NCBI GenBank assembly: GCA_965227295.1
Contig: OZ245742.1
Location: forward strand, 5,824,001 to 5,888,000
Direction of reading: 5' to 3'
DNA length: 64,000 nt
Source of the DNA: Leptonemataceae bacterium
GTDB taxonomy: Bacteria > Spirochaetota > Leptospiria > Leptospirales > Leptonemataceae
Every line of letters starts with the position of its first letter. Within the stretch, counting starts at the first letter, position 1. The notes below the pieces were generated by a model. That model had not been told where the DNA came from and did not search any database. It saw only the letters and a program-made list of their open reading frames with translations. Below, in pieces: positions 19,142 to 29,789 of the stretch. Made by a program: the position numbers and the translations under genes.

Positions 19142-21055
19142 TCACATCTGCATCGCCGCGCGGGCCGCGACGGCCATCAACTTGTCGTGAAAGACCTGGG
19201 CCGCGCGGTCCGTCGGGTTTTCGGCGACGACCTTTTCGAGGACCGAAGCCGCGCCCGCGTAGTCCTTTTGTTTCGTTAAGCGAATGGCCTCTTCGAAAGA
19301 GGCGCGCGTGCGGACCTTGCCTTCGCGCTCCATCGCCGGCAATCCGTCCAGGATCTCGTGAATCGGCACGCGAGTGGTGCGACCCTTCACACGAATCTCG
19401 CCCATGTAACGCGACTCGAAGACTTCCTGCCCCTGGCGCGCGGCCTCAAGCACGCTTTCACTCACGATCATGGTAACGCCGAAGTGTTTCGTCAACGACT
19501 CGAGACGCGCGGCGACGTTCACGGCATCCGAGATTACGGTGCCGTCCATGCGCTCGTCCTCGCCCACGGTGCCTAACATCAACTTACCGAGATGTAAGCC
19601 GATGCCGAAACGTACCGGCCCAAGACCGGCGGCAGACCGGTCGGCGTTAAACAACGCCAGCTCCATCATCATCTGCACGCCGGCCAGAAGGCCGTCGCGC
19701 GCTTCGCCGGGAAAGAGCGCCATCACCGCGTCGCCGATGTACTTGTCGATGAAACCGCGATTCTCGCGAATGATAGGCGAGAGTCGCTTGAGGTACTCGT
19801 TCAGAAACTCAAAGTTCTCTTCCGGCGACATCTCCTCGGACATGGCCGTAAAGCTGCGGATATCGCAGAACATCACGGTCATTTCTTTGAGTACCTGATC
19901 TCCCAGGTTCACGGTGCGCACGCTGTCGTGGCCCATATTCCGCAAAAACTCCCGCGGCACAAAACGTTCGATGGCGGTGTTCATGGCCGCCAGTTCTTCG
20001 GAGCGTTCGCGCAGTTGCTCCAGGGTGCTGTTCAGTTCTTCGCGGCCGGCTTTGAGGTCGCTCACCATCTCGTTGAAGGCCCGGCCCAGGCGTCCGATCT
20101 CGTCGCCGGAGCGCACCTGTACCTGCGTGTCAAAATTCCCTTCGCCCAGTGCCTCGACGCCCTTCGTTAACTCCAGAATACCGAAACTTAACATGCGCGC
20201 GAACACGAATGACAATACGAAAGCGAACACGAGCCCCGCAATGATCAAGCCCACGGAAACGTTCCAGTAATAGTTCAAAAGATTCGCCTCACCGCGAATG
20301 TCGTAGTCGAGACCGAGGATCGCCAGGATGTTGCCGTCGGCGTCTTTGATCGGTACGGCCGCGGAGTACCAGGTGCCCCACGCGTCGGTGTACCACTCCC
20401 GCGAGGCCGCCGCCTGCCCGCTCTTGTAGGCGGCAATGAACTCCGGCGCGCTGACCCAGACAGTGCCGGCGGGATTACCGCTTTCGTCATCCTGGATGAT
20501 GCCGTCACCGTTCTCGTCGAACTCTTCGTAGTCGGTGTCGGCGATGAACATGGAGTGCGTCATATCCGGCGACTCCGGAATCGGCGCGACCAGGTAAACA
20601 AAACGCACCAGTGGCGGATCGTTCGGATCTTCCAGTTGTTGCGGCAACTTCTCTCGCAGCGCGATCACCGAACGGCGACTGCCTTCTTTAATACGCCGCA
20701 TGATCTGCACCAGACGCTGGAAGTTCGGTCCGTTCATGATGCGCGCCCGCGCCGGCTTCGGTACGTTCTGGATAACATCGTCTTCCGGCAGGGCCGCGAG
20801 TTCCGCCGCGGGGATCACCGGCCGCGCGGCGATGATGTTTTTGCGCAACGCGACAATGGCCTTGCGATCTCGATCCTCGAACAGATAGGCGCCGGTCCGT
20901 CCGAGTTCGGTAAGACGCTCGCCCATTTGCCGCAGCGTGGTGTTGTAGATGTTGTAGTAGTAGAAGAGTCCGCTCGCGCCGCTCAACGCCAGGGACAAAC
21001 CAAAGAGCGCCCCGGCAATCTTAGCTGTAAACGAAAGATTCTTAAAAGGTCCCAC
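19142..21055 (-). CDS. membrane adenylate/guanylate cyclase (sensor domain, HAMP, class III cyclase)
   Basis: DEIGRLGRAFNEM HAMP; MFCDIRSFT, DKYIGDAVMALF, GTVISDAVNVAARLE. Confidence 0.93.
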   Translation of the reverse strand: MGPFKNLSFTAKIAGALFGLSLALSGASGLFYYYNIYNTTLRQMGERLTELGRTGAYLFEDRDRKAIVALRKNIIAARPVIPAAELAALPEDDVIQNVPKPARARIMNGPNFQRLVQIMRRIKEGSRRSVIALREKLPQQLEDPNDPPLVRFVYLVAPIPESPDMTHSMFIADTDYEEFDENGDGIIQDDESGNPAGTVWVSAPEFIAAYKSGQAAASREWYTDAWGTWYSAAVPIKDADGNILAILGLDYDIRGEANLLNYYWNVSVGLIIAGLVFAFVLSFVFARMLSFGILELTKGVEALGEGNFDTQVQVRSGDEIGRLGRAFNEMVSDLKAGREELNSTLEQLRERSEELAAMNTAIERFVPREFLRNMGHDSVRTVNLGDQVLKEMTVMFCDIRSFTAMSEEMSPEENFEFLNEYLKRLSPIIRENRGFIDKYIGDAVMALFPGEARDGLLAGVQMMMELALFNADRSAAGLGPVRFGIGLHLGKLMLGTVGEDERMDGTVISDAVNVAARLESLTKHFGVTMIVSESVLEAARQGQEVFESRYMGEIRVKGRTTRVPIHEILDGLPAMEREGKVRTRASFEEAIRLTKQKDYAGAASVLEKVVAENPTDRAAQVFHDKLMAVAARAAMQM

Positions 21056-21205
21056 GGGCCGCCTCGTTGCATCGAAAGGGCATCACCAGGCGCCCGTGAC
21101 AATCAAAAAAGGAAGAAAAACGAAGCAGCATTTTGAGGGGGCTCCGGGGAAAATCATGCTCCTCGCCGATGCGAGGAGCCGGCGGTTCAGACCGCTCCCT
21201 CGAGC

Positions 21206-21221
21206 CCTCGGTCCTCGGAGT
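21206..21221. repeat. right arm of the ACTCCGAGGACCGAGG element (left arm degenerate)
   Basis: cctcggtcctcggagt immediately downstream of gltB. Confidence 0.75.
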
Positions 21222-21232
21222 GAAAACCTTCT

Positions 21233-24200
21233 TCAGTTCGCCCGCGTTGCTTCCATGGTCATCGACTGCGTCTCTTCCATTCTCTGGAGCGCTATTTTGT
21301 AATCGCCCGGAATGATCTTAATAAACCGGCGCACTTCCTCGTTCCAGTTGTCGAGGATCTTGCGCGCGCGCTGCGAACCGGTGTACTCGAAGTGACGCGT
21401 AACCATGTGCAGCACCAGGTCCACGTCCGCCGGATCGGCGAGGTCTTCCAGGTCTACCATCTCCGGATTCACCACGCGCCGCGCGTTGCCGTCCAGGTCC
21501 CAGATATAAGCGATGCCGCCGGACATGCCCGCTGCAAAGTTACGCCCGGTAGAACCTAAGACCACCACGCGACCGCCGGTCATGTACTCGCAGCCGTGGT
21601 CACCCACGCCTTCGACGACGGCATGGGCACCGGAGTTCCGCACCGCGAACCGTTCGCCGGCCACACCCTGGAAGTAAGCCTCCCCGGACGTGGCCCCGTA
21701 GAGACAGGTATTGCCGATGATGATGTTGTCCGCCGGATCAAACGTGCTTTCTTCCGGCACGCGAATGATGAGCCGGCCGCCGGACAGGCCTTTGCCGACA
21801 TAGTCGTTCGCCTGGCCGCTCAGGCGCAGGTCGATGCCCTTTGCCAGAAACGTACCGAAGCTCTGCCCCGCCATGCCGCGCATGTTAATGCGGATCGTTC
21901 CGTCCGGCAGGCCTTCCTCGCCGTAGCGACGCGTCACCTCACCGGAGAGCATGGTGCCCACGGTACGATTCGTGTTGAATACCGGGACGTCCATCTCCAC
22001 GGACTCCCCGCGTTCCAGAGCCGGCTGTGCTTTCTGGATGAGCTCGTTGTCGAGTTGTTTCTCCAGGCCGTGCTCCTGATCGCGCGTGCGATACAACTTC
22101 GTGTCGAAGAGCGGCTCCACGGGGGTCAGGACGCGGCTGAAGTCCAGGCCGCGCGCCTTCCAGTGATCCCGCGGGCGAATCGGTTTGATGTACTCGGTGC
22201 GCCCGATCATATCCGTAAACTTACGGAACCCGAGCCGCGCCATGTACTCCCGCACTTCCCGGGCAATGAACATCATGTAGTTCTCGACATAGTCCGCGTC
22301 GCCCATGTATTTCTTGCGCAGGCGCTCGTCCTGCGTCGCCACACCGACGGGACACGTGTTCAGGTGACACTTGCGCATCATAATGCAACCGAGGGCGATG
22401 AGCGGAATCGTGGAGAATCCGAACTCGTCGGCGCCGAGCAGCGCGCCGACGATGACGTCGCGGCCGGTCATCATCTTGCCGTCCACGCCGATCCAGACGC
22501 GGTCGCGCAGGCCGTTGGCCACTAAGGTCTGATGCGTTTCACTTAAGCCCAGCTCCCAGGGAGTGCCGGCGTGCTGAATACTGGACACCGGCGAAGCACC
22601 GGTGCCGCCGTCGTGGCCGCTAATGAGAATATGATCGCTGTGCGCCTTGGCGACACCCGCGGCCACGGTCCCCACACCGACGCCGGAGACCAGTTTCACG
22701 CTCACGCGCGAGGCCGGGTTGATGTTCTTCAGATCGAAGATCAACTGCTTGATGTCTTCGATGGAATAGATGTCGTGGTGCGGCGGCGGCGAGATGAGCG
22801 TCACCCCCGGCGTGGACAGGCGCACTTTCGCGATGACGTCGTTCACCTTGTGACCGGGCAACTGGCCGCCCTCACCGGGCTTCGCGCCCTGGGCGATCTT
22901 AATTTGAAGATCGTCGGCGTTCACCAGGTAGTTCGCCGTCACACCGAAGCGCCCGCTCGCGATTTGTTTGATGGCCGAGCGCATGCTGTCGCCGTTTTCC
23001 AGCGGCTTGTAGCGAATGGAATCCTCGCCGCCTTCCCCGGTGTTCGACTTGCCGCCGACGCGATTCATGGCGATGGCCAGGTCCGTATGCGCCTCCCAAG
23101 AAATCGAACCGAAGGACATGGCGCCGGTCTGGAAACGTTTTACGATTTCTTCGACGGTCTCGACTTCTTCGATGGGCACGGGATCGCCCGCCGGCTCGAA
23201 GTCGAAGAGCGAGCGCAATGTAATGTGATGTTTGTGCTGATCGTCGACGAGCTGCGCGAATTCTTTGTACGTGTCGTACTCGTTGCGCCGCGTCGCGACC
23301 TGGAGCTTGTGCACGGACATGGGCGTGAGCAGATGATTCTCGCCGTCCTTGCGAAAGTAATGCAGCCCGCCCGGGTCCAGGCGACCGGGATAGTAGGTGG
23401 GATCGTAAGCGTTTCGGTGGCGGCGCAGGGCCTCTTCTTCCACCATCTCCGCGGACATGCCTTCGATACGCGTGTCGGTCCCCGTGAAGTAGGTGTTCAC
23501 GAGTTCGCTGTCGAGGCCCACCGCTTCGAACAACTGACCGCCGCAGTAGGATTGCAGCGTGGAGATGCCCATTTTGCTGAAGATTTTCAGCAGGCCCTTG
23601 CCCACGGCCTTGATGTAGTTCTTGCGCGCCGTGCGCACGTCCTCGACCTCGCTGTCCGGCAGAAATCCTTCTTTCTTTAAGTCGGCGATGGTCTCGAAGG
23701 CCAGGTAGGGGTTGATGGCGTTCGCGCCGTAACCCAGCAACAGGGCGAAGTGCGTCACCTCCCGCGGCTCCCCGGACTCGATGATGAGTCCGGTCCTGGT
23801 CCGCAAACCTGCGCGCACTAAAAAGTTGTGAACGGCAGCTACGGCGAGCAGCGAGGGAATCGGCGCCATGTTGTTCGCCACACCGCGGTCCGAAAGGATG
23901 ATCAGGTTCATGCCCTTGCGTACGGCGTCGGCGGCCTCGTCGCAGACCTGGTCCAGGCGATTGCGCATGCCGTGTTTGATGTCCGGGTCGAACAGGATGT
24001 TGATGGTGCTGGTCTGGAAGTGTCCCTCCGAAAGACCGCGGATTTTCTCCAGGTCTTTGTTCGTAAGAACGGGGTGCTCCAGCTCCAGGCGATGACAGTG
24101 TTCCGGCGTTTCCGCGAGCAGGTTCTGCTCCGGCCCGATGTACGTGGTAAGTTCCATCACCAGCTCTTCCCGGATGGGATCGATGGGCGGGTTCGTCACC

Positions 24201-25825
24201 TGGGCGAAACGTTGTTTGAAGTACCGAAACAACGGCTGCGGTTTTTCGGACAACGCGGCGAGCGCGCTGTCGGTGCCCATGGAACCGACCGGCTCCTGGC
24301 CGTTGATGGACATGGGTCGCATAATCATCTGAATGTCCTCGGTGGTGTATCCGAAGACGCGCTGGCGTTCGATGATCGTTTCGTGCTGCGGTTGGTGGAC
24401 GAAGGCCGGATCCGGCAGTTGGCCGAGATGCAGCAGATTCTTTTCGAGCCACTCGCCGTAGGGCTGTTGGCGGCAGATCTCTCGTTTCACGTCGTCGTCG
24501 GAAATGATGCGCTGTTCTTTGAGGTCGATCAGCAACATACGTCCCGGTTGCAGGCGGCCGTTCACCGCAATGTTCGCCGGGTCCACCTCGATGGTGCCGA
24601 CCTCGGACGCCATAATCACTAAGTTGTCTTTGGTAACAATGTAGCGCGCCGGCCGCAGGCCGTTGCGGTCGAGCGTCGCACCGATGATGTCGCCGTCGGT
24701 GAATGCCACGGCGGCCGGGCCGTCCCAGGGTTCCATCATGGTGGCGTGGTACTCGTAGAACGCACGGATGTCCTCGCCCATGTTCTCGTTCTTCGACCAC
24801 GCCTCGGGGATCATCATCATCATGGCGTGCTGCAACGTGCGCCCGCCGTGAAAGAGCAGTTCCAGCACCGAGTCGAACGTGGCCGAATCGCTCTGCCCTT
24901 CCATAATGATGGGCAGCATGCGCTTGAGGTCTTTGCCGTAGTGCGGCGATTCCATGACCATCTGCCGCGCTTCCATCCAGTTCTTGTTCCCGCGCACGGT
25001 GTTGATCTCGCCGTTGTGCGCCATCATGCGGAAGGGCTGCGCCAGGTCCCAGGTCGGGAACGTGTTCGTGGAGTAGCGCTGGTGGATGAGCGCCAGGGCC
25101 GATTCCATATCGTCGGCACGCAGGTCGTCGTAGAAATCGATGAGCTGCGGCGCGGTCAGCATGCCTTTGTAGATGATCGTCTTACACGAAAACGACGCCA
25201 CGTAGTAGCGACTGCGGTCGAGCTGGTACTCCGCACGAACGCGACGGTCAATGACGCGACGGATTAAGTACAGGCGCTTCTCGAAGTCGTAGGAGTTCGT
25301 AATGTCCCGGGAGGCCCCCACGAAACACTGCCGGAAAAACGGCATGGTCTGCTTCGCGAAGTCGCCCGGCACTCCACCCTGCACGGGCACGTCCCGCCAG
25401 CCGAGGAACTCCTGGCCCTCGTCGACCACGACCTTCTCGATGAGATTCTCGAGGCCCTTGCGGGTGTTCGCGTTTTGCGGCAAATAAAAAAAGCCGACGG
25501 CGTAACGACCGGACTCCGGCAGCGTGATGCCCTCGTCGGACGCAACCCGACGGAAGAACCCGTCGGGGATCTGGATGAGCGCGCCGGAGCCGTCCCCGGT
25601 CTCGGGGTCCGCGCCCACGGCGCCGCGGTGCTCCAGACGGCAGACCGTATCCAGGCCCAGATCGATGATGCGGCGGGATTTCTTGCCGGTGATGTCGACG
25701 ACAAAACCGACGCCGCAAGAGTCCTGGTCCAGCGCCGGGTCGTACATGCCCTGGGCCACGGGCCCAAGCGGGCCCCCGGCCCCGAAAGCCGGGATGATCG
25801 GTGAAAAAGAGCGAGATCCGTCCAT
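21233..25825 (-). CDS. gltB: glutamate synthase large subunit
   Basis: CGVGF N-terminal amidotransferase, HNGEIN, GAMSFGSIS, QGAKPGEGGQLPG, CIMMRKCHLNTCPVG, GXGXG C-terminal domain. Confidence 0.98.
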   Translation of the reverse strand: MDGSRSFSPIIPAFGAGGPLGPVAQGMYDPALDQDSCGVGFVVDITGKKSRRIIDLGLDTVCRLEHRGAVGADPETGDGSGALIQIPDGFFRRVASDEGITLPESGRYAVGFFYLPQNANTRKGLENLIEKVVVDEGQEFLGWRDVPVQGGVPGDFAKQTMPFFRQCFVGASRDITNSYDFEKRLYLIRRVIDRRVRAEYQLDRSRYYVASFSCKTIIYKGMLTAPQLIDFYDDLRADDMESALALIHQRYSTNTFPTWDLAQPFRMMAHNGEINTVRGNKNWMEARQMVMESPHYGKDLKRMLPIIMEGQSDSATFDSVLELLFHGGRTLQHAMMMMIPEAWSKNENMGEDIRAFYEYHATMMEPWDGPAAVAFTDGDIIGATLDRNGLRPARYIVTKDNLVIMASEVGTIEVDPANIAVNGRLQPGRMLLIDLKEQRIISDDDVKREICRQQPYGEWLEKNLLHLGQLPDPAFVHQPQHETIIERQRVFGYTTEDIQMIMRPMSINGQEPVGSMGTDSALAALSEKPQPLFRYFKQRFAQVTNPPIDPIREELVMELTTYIGPEQNLLAETPEHCHRLELEHPVLTNKDLEKIRGLSEGHFQTSTINILFDPDIKHGMRNRLDQVCDEAADAVRKGMNLIILSDRGVANNMAPIPSLLAVAAVHNFLVRAGLRTRTGLIIESGEPREVTHFALLLGYGANAINPYLAFETIADLKKEGFLPDSEVEDVRTARKNYIKAVGKGLLKIFSKMGISTLQSYCGGQLFEAVGLDSELVNTYFTGTDTRIEGMSAEMVEEEALRRHRNAYDPTYYPGRLDPGGLHYFRKDGENHLLTPMSVHKLQVATRRNEYDTYKEFAQLVDDQHKHHITLRSLFDFEPAGDPVPIEEVETVEEIVKRFQTGAMSFGSISWEAHTDLAIAMNRVGGKSNTGEGGEDSIRYKPLENGDSMRSAIKQIASGRFGVTANYLVNADDLQIKIAQGAKPGEGGQLPGHKVNDVIAKVRLSTPGVTLISPPPHHDIYSIEDIKQLIFDLKNINPASRVSVKLVSGVGVGTVAAGVAKAHSDHILISGHDGGTGASPVSSIQHAGTPWELGLSETHQTLVANGLRDRVWIGVDGKMMTGRDVIVGALLGADEFGFSTIPLIALGCIMMRKCHLNTCPVGVATQDERLRKKYMGDADYVENYMMFIAREVREYMARLGFRKFTDMIGRTEYIKPIRPRDHWKARGLDFSRVLTPVEPLFDTKLYRTRDQEHGLEKQLDNELIQKAQPALERGESVEMDVPVFNTNRTVGTMLSGEVTRRYGEEGLPDGTIRINMRGMAGQSFGTFLAKGIDLRLSGQANDYVGKGLSGGRLIIRVPEESTFDPADNIIIGNTCLYGATSGEAYFQGVAGERFAVRNSGAHAVVEGVGDHGCEYMTGGRVVVLGSTGRNFAAGMSGGIAYIWDLDGNARRVVNPEMVDLEDLADPADVDLVLHMVTRHFEYTGSQRARKILDNWNEEVRRFIKIIPGDYKIALQRMEETQSMTMEATRAN

Positions 25826-26008
25826 GATAGGACCAAAATATTTTTTCAGGCCCTGTACGGCAATAGATATGACGCTCTGTGCGTCACATTAGTATTGAAG
25901 AAAGTCCCTGATTTGTCGCAGGAAACCGCTCCGGCCCCGGGAATTTCCCAGGAAAATTGTTGCCCCCTCTTTCTTCCGGACGATCTAATTTACCACAGGA
26001 GTTCCTAC

Positions 26009-26539
26009 ATGCCACGTCGTCGCCATCTCATCCGCATCATGTTCCGCGGCACCCTGGCCGCAGCCCTGTTGTTCGGCCTGGCCCTGCCCGGCTTCGCTCA
26101 GAACTTCAAGGAGAACGGCGTCAAAGTCAACATCGTCCGCGGAGAATCCGGGGCGCCCGGCTTTTCGGTATTCGAAGTCCAGGCCGTCAACGAAAGCATG
26201 GAAGTGCGCACCCTCTACGCCATCATCGAGCTGTCCTGGAAAGACGAACAGAAACCCGACGGACCGCCCCGGGCCACGTCCAACTGCATCGCCTACCTCG
26301 AAATTCCAGCCAAACACGAACTCAAAGAATCCGTACCGTGCCGGGGGGATAAGTTCAGCAGCTTTAACGTTAAGATTCAGGGCTCTTACGACTTCGTACT
26401 GCCGAAGACCCCGCTGACCTGGCAGGAAGGCAAACCCCTGCCTGGTTTCGAAAAGAAAGCCGAAGAGCAAAAACAGCCCGCGGAATCAAAGGACACCGAG
26501 GCCGAGAGCACTTCCGGTGAGAAAAGCGAAAATCCCTAA
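26009..26539 (+). CDS. hypothetical exported protein
   Basis: SD caggag, signal-peptide-like segment ending PGFA. Confidence 0.7.
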   Translation: MPRRRHLIRIMFRGTLAAALLFGLALPGFAQNFKENGVKVNIVRGESGAPGFSVFEVQAVNESMEVRTLYAIIELSWKDEQKPDGPPRATSNCIAYLEIPAKHELKESVPCRGDKFSSFNVKIQGSYDFVLPKTPLTWQEGKPLPGFEKKAEEQKQPAESKDTEAESTSGEKSENP

Positions 26540-26621
26540 AAACCGGTAGTCCTCTCACGCATCCCGTGCCGCAACGGGTGACCGGGCTCGTTTTTCCGGA
26601 ACGGTCCGGCCGGGATGCCCT

Positions 26622-27794
26622 ATGACTGAAACCAAACGACAGGAAATCATCCGCAACTGGCGCGGCCTCCTGATTTTTCTACTCATTGCCACGCCCGCGG
26701 GCTACTTCCTCATCGATACGGAGTACATCCCGGAGGACCTGCTCATCTACGCCGGCTACTTTCGCGGCGGGGTCTTCGGCCTGAGCATCATCCTGTCCGT
26801 CGTGCACTACTTCCGCGCCGAGCTGTCCCTGCATTTCTGGAGGATCGGCCTCTACTCCCTCGCGATCGCACACTACCTCTTCTTTACCTGGGAAGATCAC
26901 GTCGCCGTGGATTCGCAGGCGGCGAGTTATTACATGGGATTCATCCTGGTAACCATCGGCGTAATGTTGTTTCGCATTCACACGATGAACTGGGTCCTGC
27001 TCGCCTCGGGCATCGTCATCTACGCCGTGGTGAACTGGAACCGCCCGGTGGTCTCGGACGCCATCGTCGATCTGGCGACGCTGTCGTTTCTCTTTTACAT
27101 GATGGCGAACAACTACAACCGGGTCATGGTTCAGCTGGAGAACACGCTCCGCCAGCAGCGCAGCATCGTCGGCCGCATCAACCATGACTGGAAGATGGCG
27201 CTGCAATCCATCTCCCACGCGGCCCGGCGCCTCGGCAAAAACAGCACGGGCACGGACAAATCCGTGGCGGACATGATTGAACTGCAAACGCAGTTCATGT
27301 ACAACCAGGCCTGCGAACTCGTCGAAGACGGCTCGGAGAACGGGAAGCGCATGTCTACGAAGGGCCGCGCCAGACTGCGCGAAGTCTACGATCTCGCCTC
27401 CCGCACGGCAGAGTTCGTTCGCGAAGACGGCCGCGTGGACGGGCCGCGGCCGCCCGATATCACCGTGGCGGTCTCTGATCAGGCGTTGTTTCGCATTTTT
27501 CTGAACCTGTTCGTGAACGGTATTTCGTACTCCACCGACCAGCGGATCAAAATTCACTGGGAAAACGACGAGGATACCGTCACCTTCTTCATCAGCAATT
27601 CCACCCGGCGCCCGATCTCCGAAGAAGAACTGTTCGTAAAGTATGCGAGCCAGGAACCCGGCGGCACGGGACTCGGCCTGTGGAACACCCGGCTCCTGAT
27701 CCTGGACGCCGGCGGCGACATTCAAAGCACCACCACCGGCACGGACATTATGTTCGAACTTACGCTGCCGCTATTTTCGGAGCAAGCAACCTGA
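26622..27794 (+). CDS. membrane sensor histidine kinase (about 6 TM)
   Basis: Hydrophobic N-terminal half; H-box INHDWK, N-box FLNLFVNGISYS, G2 GTGLGL; G1 box degenerate. Confidence 0.8.
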   Translation: MTETKRQEIIRNWRGLLIFLLIATPAGYFLIDTEYIPEDLLIYAGYFRGGVFGLSIILSVVHYFRAELSLHFWRIGLYSLAIAHYLFFTWEDHVAVDSQAASYYMGFILVTIGVMLFRIHTMNWVLLASGIVIYAVVNWNRPVVSDAIVDLATLSFLFYMMANNYNRVMVQLENTLRQQRSIVGRINHDWKMALQSISHAARRLGKNSTGTDKSVADMIELQTQFMYNQACELVEDGSENGKRMSTKGRARLREVYDLASRTAEFVREDGRVDGPRPPDITVAVSDQALFRIFLNLFVNGISYSTDQRIKIHWENDEDTVTFFISNSTRRPISEEELFVKYASQEPGGTGLGLWNTRLLILDAGGDIQSTTTGTDIMFELTLPLFSEQAT

Positions 27795-28443
27795 GATACG
27801 CCGGACTGGTGATTACCGGACTCAGGTCGATCACCACCGCGCGATTCTTGCCCCAGTATTCTCCGTAACCGGTGATGGGTTCGCAGCGAAACCCGGCGGT
27901 TTCATACATGCGTTCGACGCCGGGATTCGTCTCGGCGATGCCGTAGCGCACCCCGCAGTGCTCCACGACGGCGAAGGTGGTAATCATCAGGAGGTGAGAG
28001 ATCATATCCCGCACAAACTCGATTCCGCAAGATCTTAGCATTCGAATATCAAGGGTGAATTGATCGGAATGAACAAAGCTCTCGGGCTCCACGCCGCGCT
28101 CCATCGCGAGTTCAGGGACGGAATAACCGAATACCGATTCGCCCGGAAACTCAAGTCCGCTGTCGTACTTAATGACCCGGAAAGTAGCCGCCACATCCCC
28201 CTCACTCGACTCCACCGTAAAGAATAGCCCGTTCCAGGCCAGGGCCAATTCTTCATTTAACTCGCTTAGATATGCTTCTTCGGTGAAAGCCTCGGGTGCG
28301 CGCCGTCCGTACTCGCGTTTGAATCTTTCAAAAACCAAACGTGTAAACTCCGGAACTCTACGCAATCCGATTCGCTTAATGACAAATCCGTGCTCTAACG
28401 TCCGAACCAATTGATCTTCGTTGCCTGCTGGTAGTGTAAACAT
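27760..28443 (-). CDS. GNAT-fold protein resembling LuxI/FeeM-type acyltransferases
   Basis: VAATFRVI..FPGESVFG..YGIAE..RMYETAGF..EYWG pattern; strong SD aaggagga. Confidence 0.6.
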   Translation of the reverse strand: MFTLPAGNEDQLVRTLEHGFVIKRIGLRRVPEFTRLVFERFKREYGRRAPEAFTEEAYLSELNEELALAWNGLFFTVESSEGDVAATFRVIKYDSGLEFPGESVFGYSVPELAMERGVEPESFVHSDQFTLDIRMLRSCGIEFVRDMISHLLMITTFAVVEHCGVRYGIAETNPGVERMYETAGFRCEPITGYGEYWGKNRAVVIDLSPVITSPAYLRLLAPKIAAA

Positions 28444-28633
28444 CCCTTTCCTCCTTTCTTTCAGGAACAAACAAAGGATGACCTGAAAAGCGCAGAAAGG
28501 GAATTGATTTTTTCAACATGTTAATCGGATGACGAAAAATGCGAAAAACGGACCGATTCGGTGAGTTCTAACTAATTTTCAACGAAAAAGCTCCCTCCAC
28601 AGGAATCGTTTTCGTATCTCAAAATATAATCGT

Positions 28634-29626
28634 TTACAAACCGGCGCGCACGAGGTCGTGCAGGCGCAAAAGACCGACGGGGCGGCCTTCTTCGTCGAGG
28701 ACGGGCATAACGGCAATCTGGCTGGGTCGGTTTTCCATTAACTGTAGAGCTTCGAAGGCTTTGGTCCCTTTGCGAACGGAGATGGGATCACGAGTCATGA
28801 TATCCGTAATTCTACAGTCGTGAATGTTCTTGTACTTCAACAGCGCACGCCGAATGTCGCCGTCGGTTACGATGCCCGTAAGTTTACCCGCGGCGTTGGT
28901 AATCATGACACCGCCCAGGTTCGGCCGGCTTTCTTCTTCGAGGAGCTGCATCATGGAAGCGTCTTCGCTTATGACGGGTATGCCTTTGGTATTATCCAGA
29001 ACGTCCTCGACGTCCAGAATCAACCGGCGGCCCAGCTGACCGGCGGGATGAAACATGGCGAAGTTTTCCGGCTGGAAGTTTCGCAATTCGGCCAGGGCCG
29101 CGGCCAGGGCGTCGCCGACGACGAGCGCGACGGTAGTGGAAGCCGTCGGCGCCAGATTCAGGGAATCCGCCTCCCGGCTGACGGTGGCGCGGATAATGAC
29201 ATCCGACATGCGACCGGCGGTGGAATCCGGATTGCCCAGGATCGAGATCACGGGATTGCCCATCTTGCGCACGACCTGCAACATGGCGATGACCTCGTCG
29301 GACTCGCCGCTCTTGGCGAGCACGATCATGATGTCTTCTTTCTGAAGCACGCCGAGATCGCCGTGCAGGGATTCGCCGGGATGGAGGAAAAAGGCGGGGG
29401 TTCCGGTGGACGAAAAGGTGGCCGCGAGCTTGTGCGCGATGAGGCCGGACTTGCCGATGCCGGTGAGGACGAGTTTGCCCTTGCAGTTCAGAATCAGGTC
29501 AACGGCACGCTGGACGTTCCCGGCGACGATGTGCGCCAGGTTCCCCTGCAACTCTTCGATCTGCATGCGATAGCTCTTCAGGAAGAGCTCATACGCCTCG
29601 CCGGCCTCTCGCGAATCGTTCCCCAT
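28634..29626 (-). CDS. kdsD: arabinose-5-phosphate isomerase (KpsF/GutQ family, SIS + CBS)
   Basis: TGIGKSGLIA, STGTPAFFLHPGE.LHGDLG, APTASTT, HPAG.LG, CBS pair. Confidence 0.95.
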   Translation of the reverse strand: MGNDSREAGEAYELFLKSYRMQIEELQGNLAHIVAGNVQRAVDLILNCKGKLVLTGIGKSGLIAHKLAATFSSTGTPAFFLHPGESLHGDLGVLQKEDIMIVLAKSGESDEVIAMLQVVRKMGNPVISILGNPDSTAGRMSDVIIRATVSREADSLNLAPTASTTVALVVGDALAAALAELRNFQPENFAMFHPAGQLGRRLILDVEDVLDNTKGIPVISEDASMMQLLEEESRPNLGGVMITNAAGKLTGIVTDGDIRRALLKYKNIHDCRITDIMTRDPISVRKGTKAFEALQLMENRPSQIAVMPVLDEEGRPVGLLRLHDLVRAGL

Positions 29627-29677
29627 GCCGAGGGGAGATCGATGCGCGCCAGGGCCGCCGTGTCAATCTTATAATCA

Positions 29678-29777
29678 ACTCCGAGGACCGAGGTCTCCGG
29701 GGAGGGCGCCCGTAGCCTGAACGCTTTCAGCGTGTGAAATCCCTCCCGGAACTTCTCGGCTCCTCGGTCCTCGGAGT
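29678..29777. repeat. REP/MITE-like ACTCCGAGGACCGAGG inverted-repeat element
   Basis: Perfect 16-bp arms at 29678-29693 and 29762-29777. Confidence 0.85.
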
Positions 29778-29789
29778 TATTTCTATTTT

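Noticed and set aside
21596..25267. Long alternative-frame and antisense ORFs over gltB (e.g. 22899-24800) and similar ones over other genes
   Set aside because: Shadow ORFs expected from high GC3 codon bias; Arg/Pro/Gly-rich with no motifs
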